Shown: positions 1 to 10,099, numbered from the stretch's first letter. The stretch is 64,000 nucleotides of DNA from Minisyncoccota bacterium (GCA_030583745.1 CP129473.1:362887-426886); one strand, 5' to 3'. The notes: generated from the letters alone by a model not told the origin. A program made the numbers and translations.

Positions 1-322
1 GTCCGAGTCCAATAAAACCAGAACTTACTATGGGGCCGTACCAACGATTAAGGAAACTCCCCTCACAATGTTCGAAAACATAATAAGGGTAATCGGGATC
101 TTCGGGAAAAACATCACACCTCGGAAAACCGATGTATCCGTACAACTTCATTCCGTGCTGATTCGCATAGGATCTTAAAACACTAAAATTTGTAAGACCG
201 GGAACCCTTTGTCCGCCCAATTCTATTTGCTCGAAAAGCATGGTTGAATGCGGACCATTCGGCAAATAAGGCACATCCGGCCAAGCGCCACCGATATTGT
301 GGAACCATAAATCAAAAGTGTT
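1..322 (-). CDS. Partial ORF (runs off window start) in the same frame as, and immediately downstream of, the TAA stop of the 323..886 ORF. Translation reads ...NTFDLWFHNIGGAWPDVPYLPNGPHSTMLFEQIELGGQRVPGLTNFSVLRSYANQHGMKLYGYIGFPRCDVFPEDPDYPYYVFEHCEGSF...; possible enzymatic (hydrolase-like) domain.
   Basis: Manual reverse-complement translation. Open through position 1. No ATG until M at ~243. Continuity of frame with the upstream ORF across a single TAA. Confidence 0.3.
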
Positions 323-886
323 TTAACCAAGAATTTGCCTTATAGGTTCAATCCGGCTGGTGAAAGCGTTCCAACCGGTACTATCGCTGTAAACGGTTTG
401 CGAAATTTTTCCTCTCTCCGGCGCACTTTCGTTTGAAAATCCGACAGGCTGAAAGTTTATCAGTCGTTTAAATGGAGGAGGCGGAGGTGGTGGCGGAGGT
501 GGGGGTGGTGGCCCCGGCGGTGGCGGTGGAGGTGGTGGCCCCGGCAGTGGCGGTGGAGGTGGTGGTGGATTAAAAGCCAGAGGAGGAACAGGGGGAGAGG
601 GAGAATCATATGTCCTTGGAAAGGGGGTGGTCGGTTGTCTATACTGGTCTCGACGCAGAAGGATAGAGAGAAGAGAAGGTGGTAGGGGTTCATCAGAAGG
701 AGTGGTTATTCTATCAAACTCATCGTTTATCTTTGAGATGATGTCTGGGTCGGAGGCAAAGAGGATAAGCCAGGAAGAGACGGCGATTATGAGAAAGCCG
801 TAGAGAGAGATTTTTTCTCTTCTGTTGACTCCAGGTTTTGAAATAGCTCCGGTTGAGAGATACTCAATCGCATTCACGATTAACAT
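323..886 (-). CDS. Membrane-anchored proline-rich protein: N-terminal TM helix, ~55-residue near-pure polyproline tract, then a C-terminal domain.
   Basis: ORF track. Hydrophobic segment ISLYGFLIIAVSSWLILF. PPPPPPPLPGPPPPPPPPGPPPPPPPPPPPPPP is encoded by a GGN/CCN-rich imperfect direct repeat (~480-600). Confidence 0.5.
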   Translation of the reverse strand: MLIVNAIEYLSTGAISKPGVNRREKISLYGFLIIAVSSWLILFASDPDIISKINDEFDRITTPSDEPLPPSLLSILLRRDQYRQPTTPFPRTYDSPSPPVPPLAFNPPPPPPPLPGPPPPPPPPGPPPPPPPPPPPPPFKRLINFQPVGFSNESAPERGKISQTVYSDSTGWNAFTSRIEPIRQILG

Positions 887-1051
887 CAGGACGGCGACAA
901 GTCCGGAGAGAAGCAGAAAGATATTGAAAGTATCTAGGTTTAGGGTGTAGGTTTCGGGTTGGGCGGAAGAAATATCTGGCGCAGATAAGAGAAGAAATAA
1001 TAGTGAAATAAAAAAAAGTGTTTTTTTATCTGTCTTGGATGTTTCAAAAAA

Positions 1052-2509
1052 TTAGAAAAGATTAAAATAAGAAAATTTCAAAGTAAAAGGCAGAAATAGT
1101 TTAAAAATAACTCCCCCCTTAAAAGTCGTCCCGCCTTTGATCAAAGTTTTGACCGTGTCACTGCCCTCTCCTGGATCCCCCGGATCAACATACGGTACAG
1201 CAATCGTAAAAGACACCCACTGTTCGGAACTGGAAGTAAAAATATCAGGATCTTCTGTCTGAATTTCTCTGTGGCGTGTCGCCACAGATGTATCAACACC
1301 TGTATTAAAAGAAGTTGGCGATAAATACAAGAAATCCGTGTAATTAGCCGGCGGAGCAGAAACCCTGTGATCGCCATTAACATTCAAATCTCTTGAAACA
1401 GTCGCGATCCAAAGATATTTTCTTGAAGAGAGAGCGTTGTGAGAGGGCGGATTGGTATTGGTGCCGTCTCCGCCGAGCCCCGTCGCAGTCGGCGTCCCTC
1501 CTCTGTCAATAGCAAAAGATATATGTGTACTCTCTTCGCTCGCCGAAGTGGTGATGGTCAAATCATCAGCACTTCCACCATCAGCTATTTTGTAAAGTAT
1601 GGCGCCCTTGACGGTATTGGTACCAGAATTTACTTCTTCATCTAAAAGAATCCAATCATTTGTATCGTAACCAGAGAGTGTCGGATTGTTGCCGTGAACA
1701 GAAAATACAACTAAAAGTAATTGTCCAGTTTTAACCCCAGCTGGCAAACGAATCGCATGGCTAGTGGTATCTCCTCCGGAACGACCCCAATTTCTGGCTC
1801 TAATGGTTGGAAAACCTTCAGTTGCGTCAATAAGATAGGTAACATGAACTGCGCCGCCGCGACCAGTTCTTTGGGTTGAAGTGTTGCTACCACCACCTGA
1901 ACCATAATATCTGTGATTTTCCACTCCAGCACCACCAGAACCGCCGCCACCGAAATAATTACCGCCGCCGTTTGGTCCGGACGAGCCGGCGCCTTCCGTT
2001 CCGCCTCCACCACCACCGGATTTTCCGGAAGTTCCTTGATTACCGTTTCCACCATCAAAACCAAAGTCCCCTATTCCGGCGCTAGCTTTGCCTCCACCAC
2101 CACCATTTGTTCCGCCACCAAAACCACCCTGCGCATCAAGATATTTTGTGCCACCTCTCTCTACCGTTGTACTAGCCCCATTGTTCCCGCCAGCAGCACC
2201 TCCGGACCCAACCGTTATCGTATATTCTTGTGCAGCTTCAACAACCATAGTGGTTGACATAAAAGCTCCGCCACCACCAGCTCCGGCATTTTGAGAACCA
2301 CCGCCACCACCAGCCCAACCTTCAAAAGTTACTTCCGTAACTCCGGACGGCACTGTAAAAGTGCCGTTTGAAGTAAATGTTTCCACTCGCAGATGTCTTA
2401 AAGTCTCGGCTTCAGTAAAAAGTTTTGAGTAGGAAAAAATCGCAGTCAAAACAAAGACTGTGATTAGAGTAAAAATAATTTTTCTTTTGAAACTTTTTTG
2501 AGACTTCAT
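1052..2509 (-). CDS. Secreted glycine-rich domain protein, of the phage minor-tail/tail-fibre glycine-rich-domain type.
   Basis: Signal peptide/TM at N-terminus. Motif FTVPSGVTEVTFEGWAGGGGG followed by long GGxGG tracts typical of this family. Antisense ORFs inside are low-complexity artefacts. Confidence 0.55.
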   Translation of the reverse strand: MKSQKSFKRKIIFTLITVFVLTAIFSYSKLFTEAETLRHLRVETFTSNGTFTVPSGVTEVTFEGWAGGGGGSQNAGAGGGGAFMSTTMVVEAAQEYTITVGSGGAAGGNNGASTTVERGGTKYLDAQGGFGGGTNGGGGGKASAGIGDFGFDGGNGNQGTSGKSGGGGGGTEGAGSSGPNGGGNYFGGGGSGGAGVENHRYYGSGGGSNTSTQRTGRGGAVHVTYLIDATEGFPTIRARNWGRSGGDTTSHAIRLPAGVKTGQLLLVVFSVHGNNPTLSGYDTNDWILLDEEVNSGTNTVKGAILYKIADGGSADDLTITTSASEESTHISFAIDRGGTPTATGLGGDGTNTNPPSHNALSSRKYLWIATVSRDLNVNGDHRVSAPPANYTDFLYLSPTSFNTGVDTSVATRHREIQTEDPDIFTSSSEQWVSFTIAVPYVDPGDPGEGSDTVKTLIKGGTTFKGGVIFKLFLPFTLKFSYFNLF

Positions 2510-2532
2510 AAGTCTTTTTGAAAAATCGGAAT

Positions 2533-5500
2533 TTATAACTCTTCTTCTAAATCTAGCTCTGTTTCTGGTTCACCCTCAACAATCTCATTTTCCGGGCCCG
2601 CCCCAACACTAACTTTCTCTTCGTTTTCTTCACTACCGGTCTCTTCTTTTGATCCAATCTCATCCGCTTTGAAATCACCTTTGTTATCCGAGCCAACTTG
2701 ATCATCCGGATAATCAACACTACCACCACCACTTTTGAAAATTTGACATTCGCCCGGTGCTGAATTTACAACTCCACTGTTTATAGACAAACAATACGGC
2801 TCGCCGGTTATTGTATCGAATAAAGTTATACCTGCCGGATTTTCTCGGTTGCCGACCGTCAACTTTTCGGCAATCAAATTTTTGAAATAGGCAAATCCAT
2901 CCTGGATTTTAACACCAAGCATTTCAAAGTTGGTAAGAATATAATCAAAACCAAAACCGCCGGCATTTCCACCCTTTACAAAAGCTTCCAGATCAGAAAT
3001 TCTTTTTTCCAAATTCAAATCACCCTCACCAAAATAAAAGGTGTTGTTATTTATAAAAGTCATAATCTTACCGACTTCCCCATTAGAAGAAGGTGTGAAA
3101 TCTTCAAGCGCAACACCAACAACTCGGCCGGGTTTTGTGGCTTTCATCCCAATCCCAAGTCTTGATGACGAGGTGATGTAATCTCCGGCTTTTATCGGGC
3201 CGTTTTCGTCTGAAACCTTAACCGGCACCCGACCCATAACCCCAACCGGTATGTCATTTGTCTCTTCAATCCGGTAAGCTGTCGGGCTTTTGGATAGCGT
3301 ACCAATAATACCCGGTTTTGTTGAATAAACGCCCACTAAATTTGCCTGATAAACACCGTAAGATTTTTCAACCTTGCCGGGTTCCAGCTTTGAAGCCACA
3401 ACAATATCCCCCGGCTCGTATTCGGTCTTTAAACCAACAACAGTAAAAGCTTCGGCGTAGTCGGCCGGATTTGTAAGCGAGCCGTCAATTGCCACGTCGC
3501 CGTCGGAATCAACAGTAAATTTACGATTTATGACATCTCCGGTTGTCGTCGCAATTGTAAAAAGATAGGTATTGGCATTTGGCTGATTTGAGACAATTGT
3601 AAAATCTGCATCTGGAGTAGAAGTACCAACTCCAACTCGGACTACGTTGCCAGTTGCGCTTGTTTCAAAAACAATGTTACCAGCTGTTGCCGTACCAATA
3701 TGAGTAGTGCCGTTATCCAAAACTGAAAACAAAGTGGTTGAAGCATTATTAACCAACTCAAAAATTCTATTCGTGCCAGTACCGACCCCCCAGACCGTGA
3801 GCTTGCTGTAAGGTGTTGTCGTGCCAATTCCGACATTACCACCAAAATATGATTTGGTTGTACCACCAGTATAAATAGCAAAACGATTATTACCCCGAAC
3901 AATCTCGTCTATTCTTAATCCATAAACATTTGTCATAGTTCCAGATCCGGTAGTTGAAGGACTTCTAACTCTTATTCCAGAATAATCGGTAATTGCACCG
4001 GAACCACCCAAATACCAAATTGATTCTTCTATCTGCAGTCCAATATATTCAGTAATTGAAGCGTTATTGACTGTTAAACTACCTCTTTCACTCCAAACCG
4101 AAAGTCCTGTTGCCAAAGATATAGTTCCAAGTGCAGTAGAACCAAAATGTAATCCAACTCGTCCACCGGACAGACCACCAGGACCGGTTGTTAAAGTTAA
4201 GGCACCAGAACCGCTGTGCTTAGCAATTGACTGAAAAGCCATATTGGAACCAGAGTTTGAGCTAGAGCCAGTAAAATCTACTGCTGTTAGAAGGCCTCGC
4301 CTTTCTCCACTTGTGCCAGTTATTCCTTTAATTGTAACCAAGCGGTCAGTGTCGTTGGTGGGGCTGACGGGAAGATTTGTGGTGGCTCCGCCAAAATGAG
4401 AGTAGGTATTCATATTCCTTGAAACCTCAAGACCTCCCTCAGCTGTTAATTTGCCACTGACATAAGTCAGATCGGCAGATTCTGAAAGAATGCCGTCTGT
4501 GCTAACAAAAGGAACTCGATTGCTGGTAAAGGGGGTTCTAAAATTTCCGGTAAACCGAAGGTTTGTGAAAGTTGAAGTGGCATTACTAGAAGTGGCTGTA
4601 AAATATTCAGCAACCGCTTGTCCGACAACAGAAAGACGAGCGTAAGGGGAGGACGTGCCGATGCCAAAATTTATGCCATCAAAAACAAAACCGTCGGTAT
4701 CCGTCAAAGCATTACCCGAAGAATTGGTGTGAATAATCCTGTTTGCGGTAAAAGATGATTGTGTGTCTGTTAAACCAAGAAAAGTTGATACCCCACTTCC
4801 ACCACCAACACACACGCCATTTACCGCAAAACATCCGGTACGAATATCTATGCCGGAGCCAAAAGTTGAAGTCGCGGTAGTAGAAATATTTATCGTGTCA
4901 GGGCCAGTGTTGCCTAAAGAAAAAATTGTTCCCGGAGTAGTTGTGCCAATACCAATGTTCCCCAAGAAATATCCAGTTCCATCTTCAAGAAAAGCAGCCA
5001 AAGTAGTTGAAGAATTGTTGGTTAACTCAAAAAGCCGGCTTGCACCAGTGCCCGAACCCCAAACTGAAAATCTGGAGTAAGGAGACGAGGTGCCGACTCC
5101 AACATTACCATTAGAAAGTAGCGCCAAAACAGAAGCCGAGCTTTGCCCGATAAATTCAGCTATTTTACCGGCGCCACTTTGGGTAATTCTTAAAAATGTT
5201 GAAGCGGTGGAGGTTGAGTTTTCGGCATCGGAACGCAAAAATTGTGATGAGTTTAAGCCCGACAATTTGCCAGCTTCAAAAGCTGAGGGCACTGTGCCCA
5301 AAATTTTTCTCGGGGACATTTCATCATCGCAACCAGAAAGTCCAGACGTTCCACAAATCTCAACACCAAGGTAAAGAGTTTGGTTGAAGTTGACCGTTGA
5401 AAGCGGAGTGGAACTGCCAAGCATGACACTAAACAATCCATCGGTTACAGTTATCCGATCACCAGAATCTATACGGATTTCTTCCCAGATATTTGTAGTG

Positions 5501-5706
5501 GTAGCGCTAGTCGCAGTAGTATATAAACGAAATTTCATTATATAGTTACCATCAGGTACCGCCAGATTATTAGTGTCTGTCAATTTGCCTTGATAGTTTA
5601 TCTGCGAATTAAAATCAGCATAAGAGACAAAAGGCAGCAAGAAAAAAAATCCTGAAAAAACCAGAAAAGTATAAATCCGAATTTTTTTTCTAAGCAATAT
5701 TCTCAT
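2533..5706 (-). CDS. Large (1057 aa) secreted tail-fibre-like repeat protein with a Peptidase_G2 / intramolecular-chaperone-like C-terminal region and an acidic tail.
   Basis: Signal peptide. At least 5 repeats of the n(V/I)G(I/V)GT(S/T)(S/T)P....(L/F)(S/T)V.G motif. C-terminal ...PADYAEAFTVVGLKTEYEPGD...GVYSTKPGIIG resembles the ADYAEYFEW block of phi29-gp12-type G2 autoprocessing domains. Confidence 0.55.
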   Translation of the reverse strand: MRILLRKKIRIYTFLVFSGFFFLLPFVSYADFNSQINYQGKLTDTNNLAVPDGNYIMKFRLYTTATSATTTNIWEEIRIDSGDRITVTDGLFSVMLGSSTPLSTVNFNQTLYLGVEICGTSGLSGCDDEMSPRKILGTVPSAFEAGKLSGLNSSQFLRSDAENSTSTASTFLRITQSGAGKIAEFIGQSSASVLALLSNGNVGVGTSSPYSRFSVWGSGTGASRLFELTNNSSTTLAAFLEDGTGYFLGNIGIGTTTPGTIFSLGNTGPDTINISTTATSTFGSGIDIRTGCFAVNGVCVGGGSGVSTFLGLTDTQSSFTANRIIHTNSSGNALTDTDGFVFDGINFGIGTSSPYARLSVVGQAVAEYFTATSSNATSTFTNLRFTGNFRTPFTSNRVPFVSTDGILSESADLTYVSGKLTAEGGLEVSRNMNTYSHFGGATTNLPVSPTNDTDRLVTIKGITGTSGERRGLLTAVDFTGSSSNSGSNMAFQSIAKHSGSGALTLTTGPGGLSGGRVGLHFGSTALGTISLATGLSVWSERGSLTVNNASITEYIGLQIEESIWYLGGSGAITDYSGIRVRSPSTTGSGTMTNVYGLRIDEIVRGNNRFAIYTGGTTKSYFGGNVGIGTTTPYSKLTVWGVGTGTNRIFELVNNASTTLFSVLDNGTTHIGTATAGNIVFETSATGNVVRVGVGTSTPDADFTIVSNQPNANTYLFTIATTTGDVINRKFTVDSDGDVAIDGSLTNPADYAEAFTVVGLKTEYEPGDIVVASKLEPGKVEKSYGVYQANLVGVYSTKPGIIGTLSKSPTAYRIEETNDIPVGVMGRVPVKVSDENGPIKAGDYITSSSRLGIGMKATKPGRVVGVALEDFTPSSNGEVGKIMTFINNNTFYFGEGDLNLEKRISDLEAFVKGGNAGGFGFDYILTNFEMLGVKIQDGFAYFKNLIAEKLTVGNRENPAGITLFDTITGEPYCLSINSGVVNSAPGECQIFKSGGGSVDYPDDQVGSDNKGDFKADEIGSKEETGSEENEEKVSVGAGPENEIVEGEPETELDLEEEL

Positions 5707-7249
5707 AATTTATTTTAAAAATCCTCGGTCGAAATTTCCAAGCAACAAACAAAAGTATAAAAAGTAAAGATAGCCAGAACGTAATAGGTAGCCAAGGAAA
5801 ATTCGGAAACGCGATTGGTGGAAAAGGAAGAATTGATTTCAAAATTCCGTTTATCTTTCTTAGACCGCGATTTTTATGGTCAAGAACGGCGACATGAAGA
5901 CCAAAAGTCCCCTCTTCACCAAGTGGCGCAATGCTTGCCTCATAAGCGCTTCTATTTTCGTTCACCCGAAGCAAAAAACTAAAAACCAAAGATGGGTCAA
6001 CAGGGTGAGTTAGAGTAACAGTAAGAGTCTTTAGAACCTCCGGTACTTTTTCGTAAGGTAGGGAAACTTTCAAAGCTCTATCGCCATTTACAACAACGAT
6101 ATTACCTCTTTCAAGCTTGGCGATTTCGTCTCCTTGAATAAATTTGAAGTCTCCGAGCGTCAATCCCAAAAACATCGAATCAACACTCGAACGTGGCAAA
6201 TCAATCACTCCGGCAAACGGCTCCGGTGGAATTTCTCCCGGGATCAAAAGCTTACCTCTGACCAAAGCACCAGAAGAATAACGACCGCTTTTGTCTCTAA
6301 CAAAAACCGAATAAAAATAGTCTGTGCGTTTTTCAACTTTTGAATCAACAAATCTCTCCCCTCGGCCTTCATAAACTAAATTTCCGTCAAAAGGATCTTT
6401 AGGGAAAAATTTTGGCGAACGAATAATCCTGATATTCTCAAAATTAACTGAAGGATTTTTCCAAGTCAAAATTATCTTTTCCTCATCCGCAAGAGCTCTT
6501 AAGTTAGAAACATTGAAAGGAAATTCGGGAAAAGAAATAGTCTTAAACTGCTGATTGTCCAAAATAATTTTCCGACCGAGCGCATCAACAATCTCTAATC
6601 GGAAAAAATACAAGACGCCGGGGTCAAGGTCCAAAACAGTAATTTGATGATTCGTCTTAAAAACAGAAGAGGCCAGAGAGCCAATTTCATAATCCGGAGT
6701 TTTACCCCAAAATAATACCGTTTTTGAGGGGATATTAGTTTCCAAATTTATGACTGCTTGATATAAATCCGGCTCTACGGAGAAATTTAAGACTTTCAAA
6801 AAAACATATTGACCTGTTTGACCGCGAGCTTGTTCTTCTTCCTCCTCTTCATCCAAAGGAAAAGTGGTGGCTGAAGCAGGATCAGATAACGGGCTGTCAG
6901 CCCCGGAGGTGTCAAAGGCCGAAACTTTGTAAGTATACAAAGTGTTTGGAGAAAGACCGGTGTCGCTATAAGAAGTTCCAGAAGTGGTATCAATCTCTAC
7001 GTCATCCCTGAAAATTTTATAACCATTTACAGGCAGATCACCCTCAACCGCCGCATCCCAAGTCAAATTTATCCCTGAAGTGGAAACAGCAATAGCCGAA
7101 AGATTTTGTGGCGCTTCGGGTGGATTTTCTACAGTAATTATCTGACTGACCTTGAACTGACTTTCAGATTGTGCAGAAACAATTAAAGCTAAGAAAGCAA
7201 AGCTGGCTATTAAAATCTTTATTTGGAATGTAAGAAAATTTAATTTCAT
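5690..7249 (-). CDS. Fibronectin type III domain protein with signal peptide and C-terminal TM anchor.
   Basis: FN3-like block NLSAIAVSTSGINLTWDAA...YTYKVSAFDTSG. N-terminal signal peptide. C-terminal hydrophobic helix WLPITFWLSLLFILLFVAW. 17-nt overlap with upstream gene. Confidence 0.55.
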   Translation of the reverse strand: MKLNFLTFQIKILIASFAFLALIVSAQSESQFKVSQIITVENPPEAPQNLSAIAVSTSGINLTWDAAVEGDLPVNGYKIFRDDVEIDTTSGTSYSDTGLSPNTLYTYKVSAFDTSGADSPLSDPASATTFPLDEEEEEEQARGQTGQYVFLKVLNFSVEPDLYQAVINLETNIPSKTVLFWGKTPDYEIGSLASSVFKTNHQITVLDLDPGVLYFFRLEIVDALGRKIILDNQQFKTISFPEFPFNVSNLRALADEEKIILTWKNPSVNFENIRIIRSPKFFPKDPFDGNLVYEGRGERFVDSKVEKRTDYFYSVFVRDKSGRYSSGALVRGKLLIPGEIPPEPFAGVIDLPRSSVDSMFLGLTLGDFKFIQGDEIAKLERGNIVVVNGDRALKVSLPYEKVPEVLKTLTVTLTHPVDPSLVFSFLLRVNENRSAYEASIAPLGEEGTFGLHVAVLDHKNRGLRKINGILKSILPFPPIAFPNFPWLPITFWLSLLFILLFVAWKFRPRIFKINYENIA

Positions 7250-7258
7250 ATATTCAAT

Positions 7259-8116
7259 TTAAAGAGTGACGGCGGTTAAGGTTGTGGTCGCTACGTAAGT
7301 ATCCGGCAAAAGAATCGGGTTGTGATTTGCAGAGACTATTGCCCTGAAACGCAGAGTCGAAGTCGCGCCGGAGATCGGTGTTCTTGATGTCGTACTAATT
7401 ATCGTCCTTGGTGTGGTGGTCGCCGAAATCCAGCAGTTATCGTCGGTTTCAGTTGAGCCGGTGTTGCAGGCATTCGAACCATTGTTCCTAAATGCGGCCA
7501 CAATTTCACCGGTTGTTGAGGCATTGATGGTATAAGCAAACGCCGAAGAATTCGCTGGTGCCGAATTAAAATTAAAATCCGGCACCTCCGGAGTAGCGGT
7601 GTTTAGATGAAAAATGGTACCAGCATTTTCATTTCCAATCATGCCGTCATCAGAATCGGTTTTTATGGTGACAGAGAAACCAGCGGCATTATCGGTCTTT
7701 ACAATAAACTGAGCACCACCATTTGAAGTCCCCCCAGTCAATCCGCCCAACGCCGGAGACAAAGTGATATCGTCAACAGAAGTAATTGATATAAACACCC
7801 CCTGCATTTGCTGATATCCGGCTTTGAGTCTATAAGACGCGCTTTCAGAAATACCGGTTGCCAATTCACCAATCGTACTTTCTTCAAAATAATTTGCACT
7901 TTGAGACCTAAGACCGCCGATATTCAGACTATCACTCTGCACTCTATAGCTATTACTCTCCATCACAAATGCACTAACTTCAATATAAAAAAACACGGCA
8001 AGCAACAAGCTAAAGAAAAGTGTTGTTATTGTTGCGTTTTTCTTTTTTTTTTGGTTTCTTTGAAAAGACATATTCCACAGCTTGTCCACAAAATTAAATC
8101 TTTTGAAACTTGTCAA
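7259..8116 (-). CDS. Secreted Thr/Ser-rich beta-rich protein, paralog of 9286..10053 (unknown family).
   Basis: Signal peptide. Shared blocks LSPxLGGLTGGTSNGGxQF(I/V)V and GSxACNTGS...CWISAT (conserved Cys pair) with the paralog. Confidence 0.5.
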   Translation of the reverse strand: MTSFKRFNFVDKLWNMSFQRNQKKKKNATITTLFFSLLLAVFFYIEVSAFVMESNSYRVQSDSLNIGGLRSQSANYFEESTIGELATGISESASYRLKAGYQQMQGVFISITSVDDITLSPALGGLTGGTSNGGAQFIVKTDNAAGFSVTIKTDSDDGMIGNENAGTIFHLNTATPEVPDFNFNSAPANSSAFAYTINASTTGEIVAAFRNNGSNACNTGSTETDDNCWISATTTPRTIISTTSRTPISGATSTLRFRAIVSANHNPILLPDTYVATTTLTAVTL

Positions 8117-8217
8117 GTCTTAAACCATTTGCTAGCTTTAGTACAACAAAAGACCTCGTAGTTAGAGTTTCAATTGGTCTTGGGACCCGCTCGGGTCTTT
8201 TGTTTTTTTGTAATATG

Positions 8218-9276
8218 TTATCTTTGTTCATCCATTGGCTTTTTTCTAAATTCAAATCTCTTGGTTAAAAATCTAATAGTAAGAACCAAAATAAGCACAA
8301 TGATAAGGAAAACAAGTATTAATTTCCAAGGCAAAACAAAAAATATAAAACTCTCTTCATCAATGATGTCGTTATAACTACGGTTTACAAAAGCGTGAGC
8401 ATTGTAAACACCGAAAGCCCATCCCGTTTCCCAGACAACCTCTCGCAAACGCAAAGAGTCAGGCATAGAAAACCAAGGATCCATCTCAATTACTTCAACC
8501 TCTTTACCAAGAACGTTATTTATCCGAATCTCGCCATAAGGAGCAAGGTGGATACTTCCGGAATTCTCAAACAAGATTTCAAATGGTACCGGAGTCGAAC
8601 CAAAAATTCTTTTCCCGGCTTTTGTCCTAAAGGTTTGCATTTCCCCCTCCTCATCTACCTCTCCCGGTATTCTTACAAAAAAGAGAGTACCGATTCTTGA
8701 AATGATGGCTGCCCCACCTCTGACATCTCCGTCGCCTCGCTCTGACGGCTTTGACACTGTACTGATTACAACACTGCCGTATCGACCCCCAGGTTCTTCA
8801 TCATAAGGAATTGAAACTGTTATTGGGATTCTTGCCCTCTCTCCGTGTTTCAAAGAAAATTCAAAAGCTGGCACTTTGATGTAATCTTTCAAGGAATAGG
8901 GGCCTCTTTCGCTCCCCAATAAAATAACTGTCTGGTCAGAACTCCTTGAACCGGTAAAATCTTCTATTTCTATGAGAAAGATCCTTTCCTCACCCATTCT
9001 GTTTGTGACATCCAATTTGAAATTTCTGGTTTCTCCAGGAGTAAGTGAGGCATCAAATTTTCCAGGCCCAACAACAAAATCACCGAGAACACCAACATTT
9101 TCTCCTAAACTTTCAATGCTAATTTCTGTATTCCGAACGAAAGTATTGTTTGGCTCTTGAGAAAATACTGTTGAGGCCGGAAAAATCAGCGCAAAACTCC
9201 CAAGCAATAAAGCTGAAAAAACAAATAATATTAACGCCGGTAAACTAAGTTTTTTATCTTGAAATTCAGAATTCAT
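8218..9276 (-). CDS. Cell-surface protein with signal peptide, ~270-aa ectodomain, C-terminal TM anchor and short basic cytoplasmic tail.
   Basis: N-terminal signal peptide LSLPALILFVFSALLLGSFALIF. C-terminal LILVFLIIVLILVLTIRFLTKRFEFRKK. Architecture reminiscent of DUF916/CscA-type anchor proteins (analogy only). Confidence 0.5.
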   Translation of the reverse strand: MNSEFQDKKLSLPALILFVFSALLLGSFALIFPASTVFSQEPNNTFVRNTEISIESLGENVGVLGDFVVGPGKFDASLTPGETRNFKLDVTNRMGEERIFLIEIEDFTGSRSSDQTVILLGSERGPYSLKDYIKVPAFEFSLKHGERARIPITVSIPYDEEPGGRYGSVVISTVSKPSERGDGDVRGGAAIISRIGTLFFVRIPGEVDEEGEMQTFRTKAGKRIFGSTPVPFEILFENSGSIHLAPYGEIRINNVLGKEVEVIEMDPWFSMPDSLRLREVVWETGWAFGVYNAHAFVNRSYNDIIDEESFIFFVLPWKLILVFLIIVLILVLTIRFLTKRFEFRKKPMDEQR

Positions 9277-9285
9277 ATTAATTTA

Positions 9286-10053
9286 TTATTTCATTGTTGC
9301 GGTCAGCGTGGTTGTCGCAGTATATGTATCAATCGGCAGAAGCGGATCCGGATTCTCTCTTACTACCACTCGGAAAAAAATAGTTGAGGTCGCGCCGTAA
9401 AAATCAGTGTTGGTATTACTGTCCAATATCGTAAATGGGATTGACGAAGTGGCGGAAATCCAACACTTTAAAGCCGCTTGATTAGAACCTGTGTTGCAAG
9501 CCGAACCATTATCCTTGAATTTTGTCGCGAGATAATCGGTAGAAGAAGCGTTTACGGTGTAGGCAAATCTAGCCGTGTTAACAGCAACCGTCGTATCATC
9601 AAAGTCAAAATCCGGAACACCAGGTGTCGTCTCTACAAGATGTGGAATGACTCCAGCGGTCGATTCTCCCTCCATCCCGTTTGTGGAAGAGGCGGTTAGA
9701 GTTACGGTCCAACCAGCAGTATTATTGGTCATAACCACAAATTGCGTCCCACCATTTGAAGTTCCACCGGTCAAACCTCCAAGAGAGGGGCTCAAAGTCA
9801 CATCCGACGGCGCGACCTTAAATGTTATTTCAGCAGTTATGCTCTGGCTTATTTCAAACTGTCCGGAACCTCTTGTTATGTTTGGTTCAACATAAGCAAA
9901 ACCAATTGGCACCAACAAAGCAGAGACCATCGTAATCGCTAAGCTTTCTTTGAATAATTTTTTGAAACTAGTCATCTTAAATTTTGAATTAATAAAGCTA
10001 ATAATAAGTTGTTTGTTTCTAATAAATTCGACTTTTTTGTTTTTATCTTTCAT
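9286..10053 (-). CDS. Secreted Thr/Ser-rich protein, paralog of 7259..8116.
   Basis: Signal peptide. Conserved blocks shared with the paralog. Confidence 0.5.
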   Translation of the reverse strand: MKDKNKKVEFIRNKQLIISFINSKFKMTSFKKLFKESLAITMVSALLVPIGFAYVEPNITRGSGQFEISQSITAEITFKVAPSDVTLSPSLGGLTGGTSNGGTQFVVMTNNTAGWTVTLTASSTNGMEGESTAGVIPHLVETTPGVPDFDFDDTTVAVNTARFAYTVNASSTDYLATKFKDNGSACNTGSNQAALKCWISATSSIPFTILDSNTNTDFYGATSTIFFRVVVRENPDPLLPIDTYTATTTLTATMK

Positions 10054-10099
10054 CTTTAAAATTAATTAAACTTCTAATTTGAAAACAAATTTTAACACA

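Noticed and set aside
1876-2294. Several 60-117-aa ORFs on both strands inside the glycine-rich gene
   Set aside because: Artefacts of GGN/CCN repeat DNA (alternative frames give Pro- or Arg/His-rich nonsense); the long minus-strand frame explains the region.
8160-8215. Hairpin gacccgctcgggtc followed by T-run on the plus strand in the intergenic region between the two surface-protein genes
   Set aside because: Oriented for plus-strand termination but no plus-strand gene upstream; loop too short; possibly a weak attenuator, not reported as a feature.
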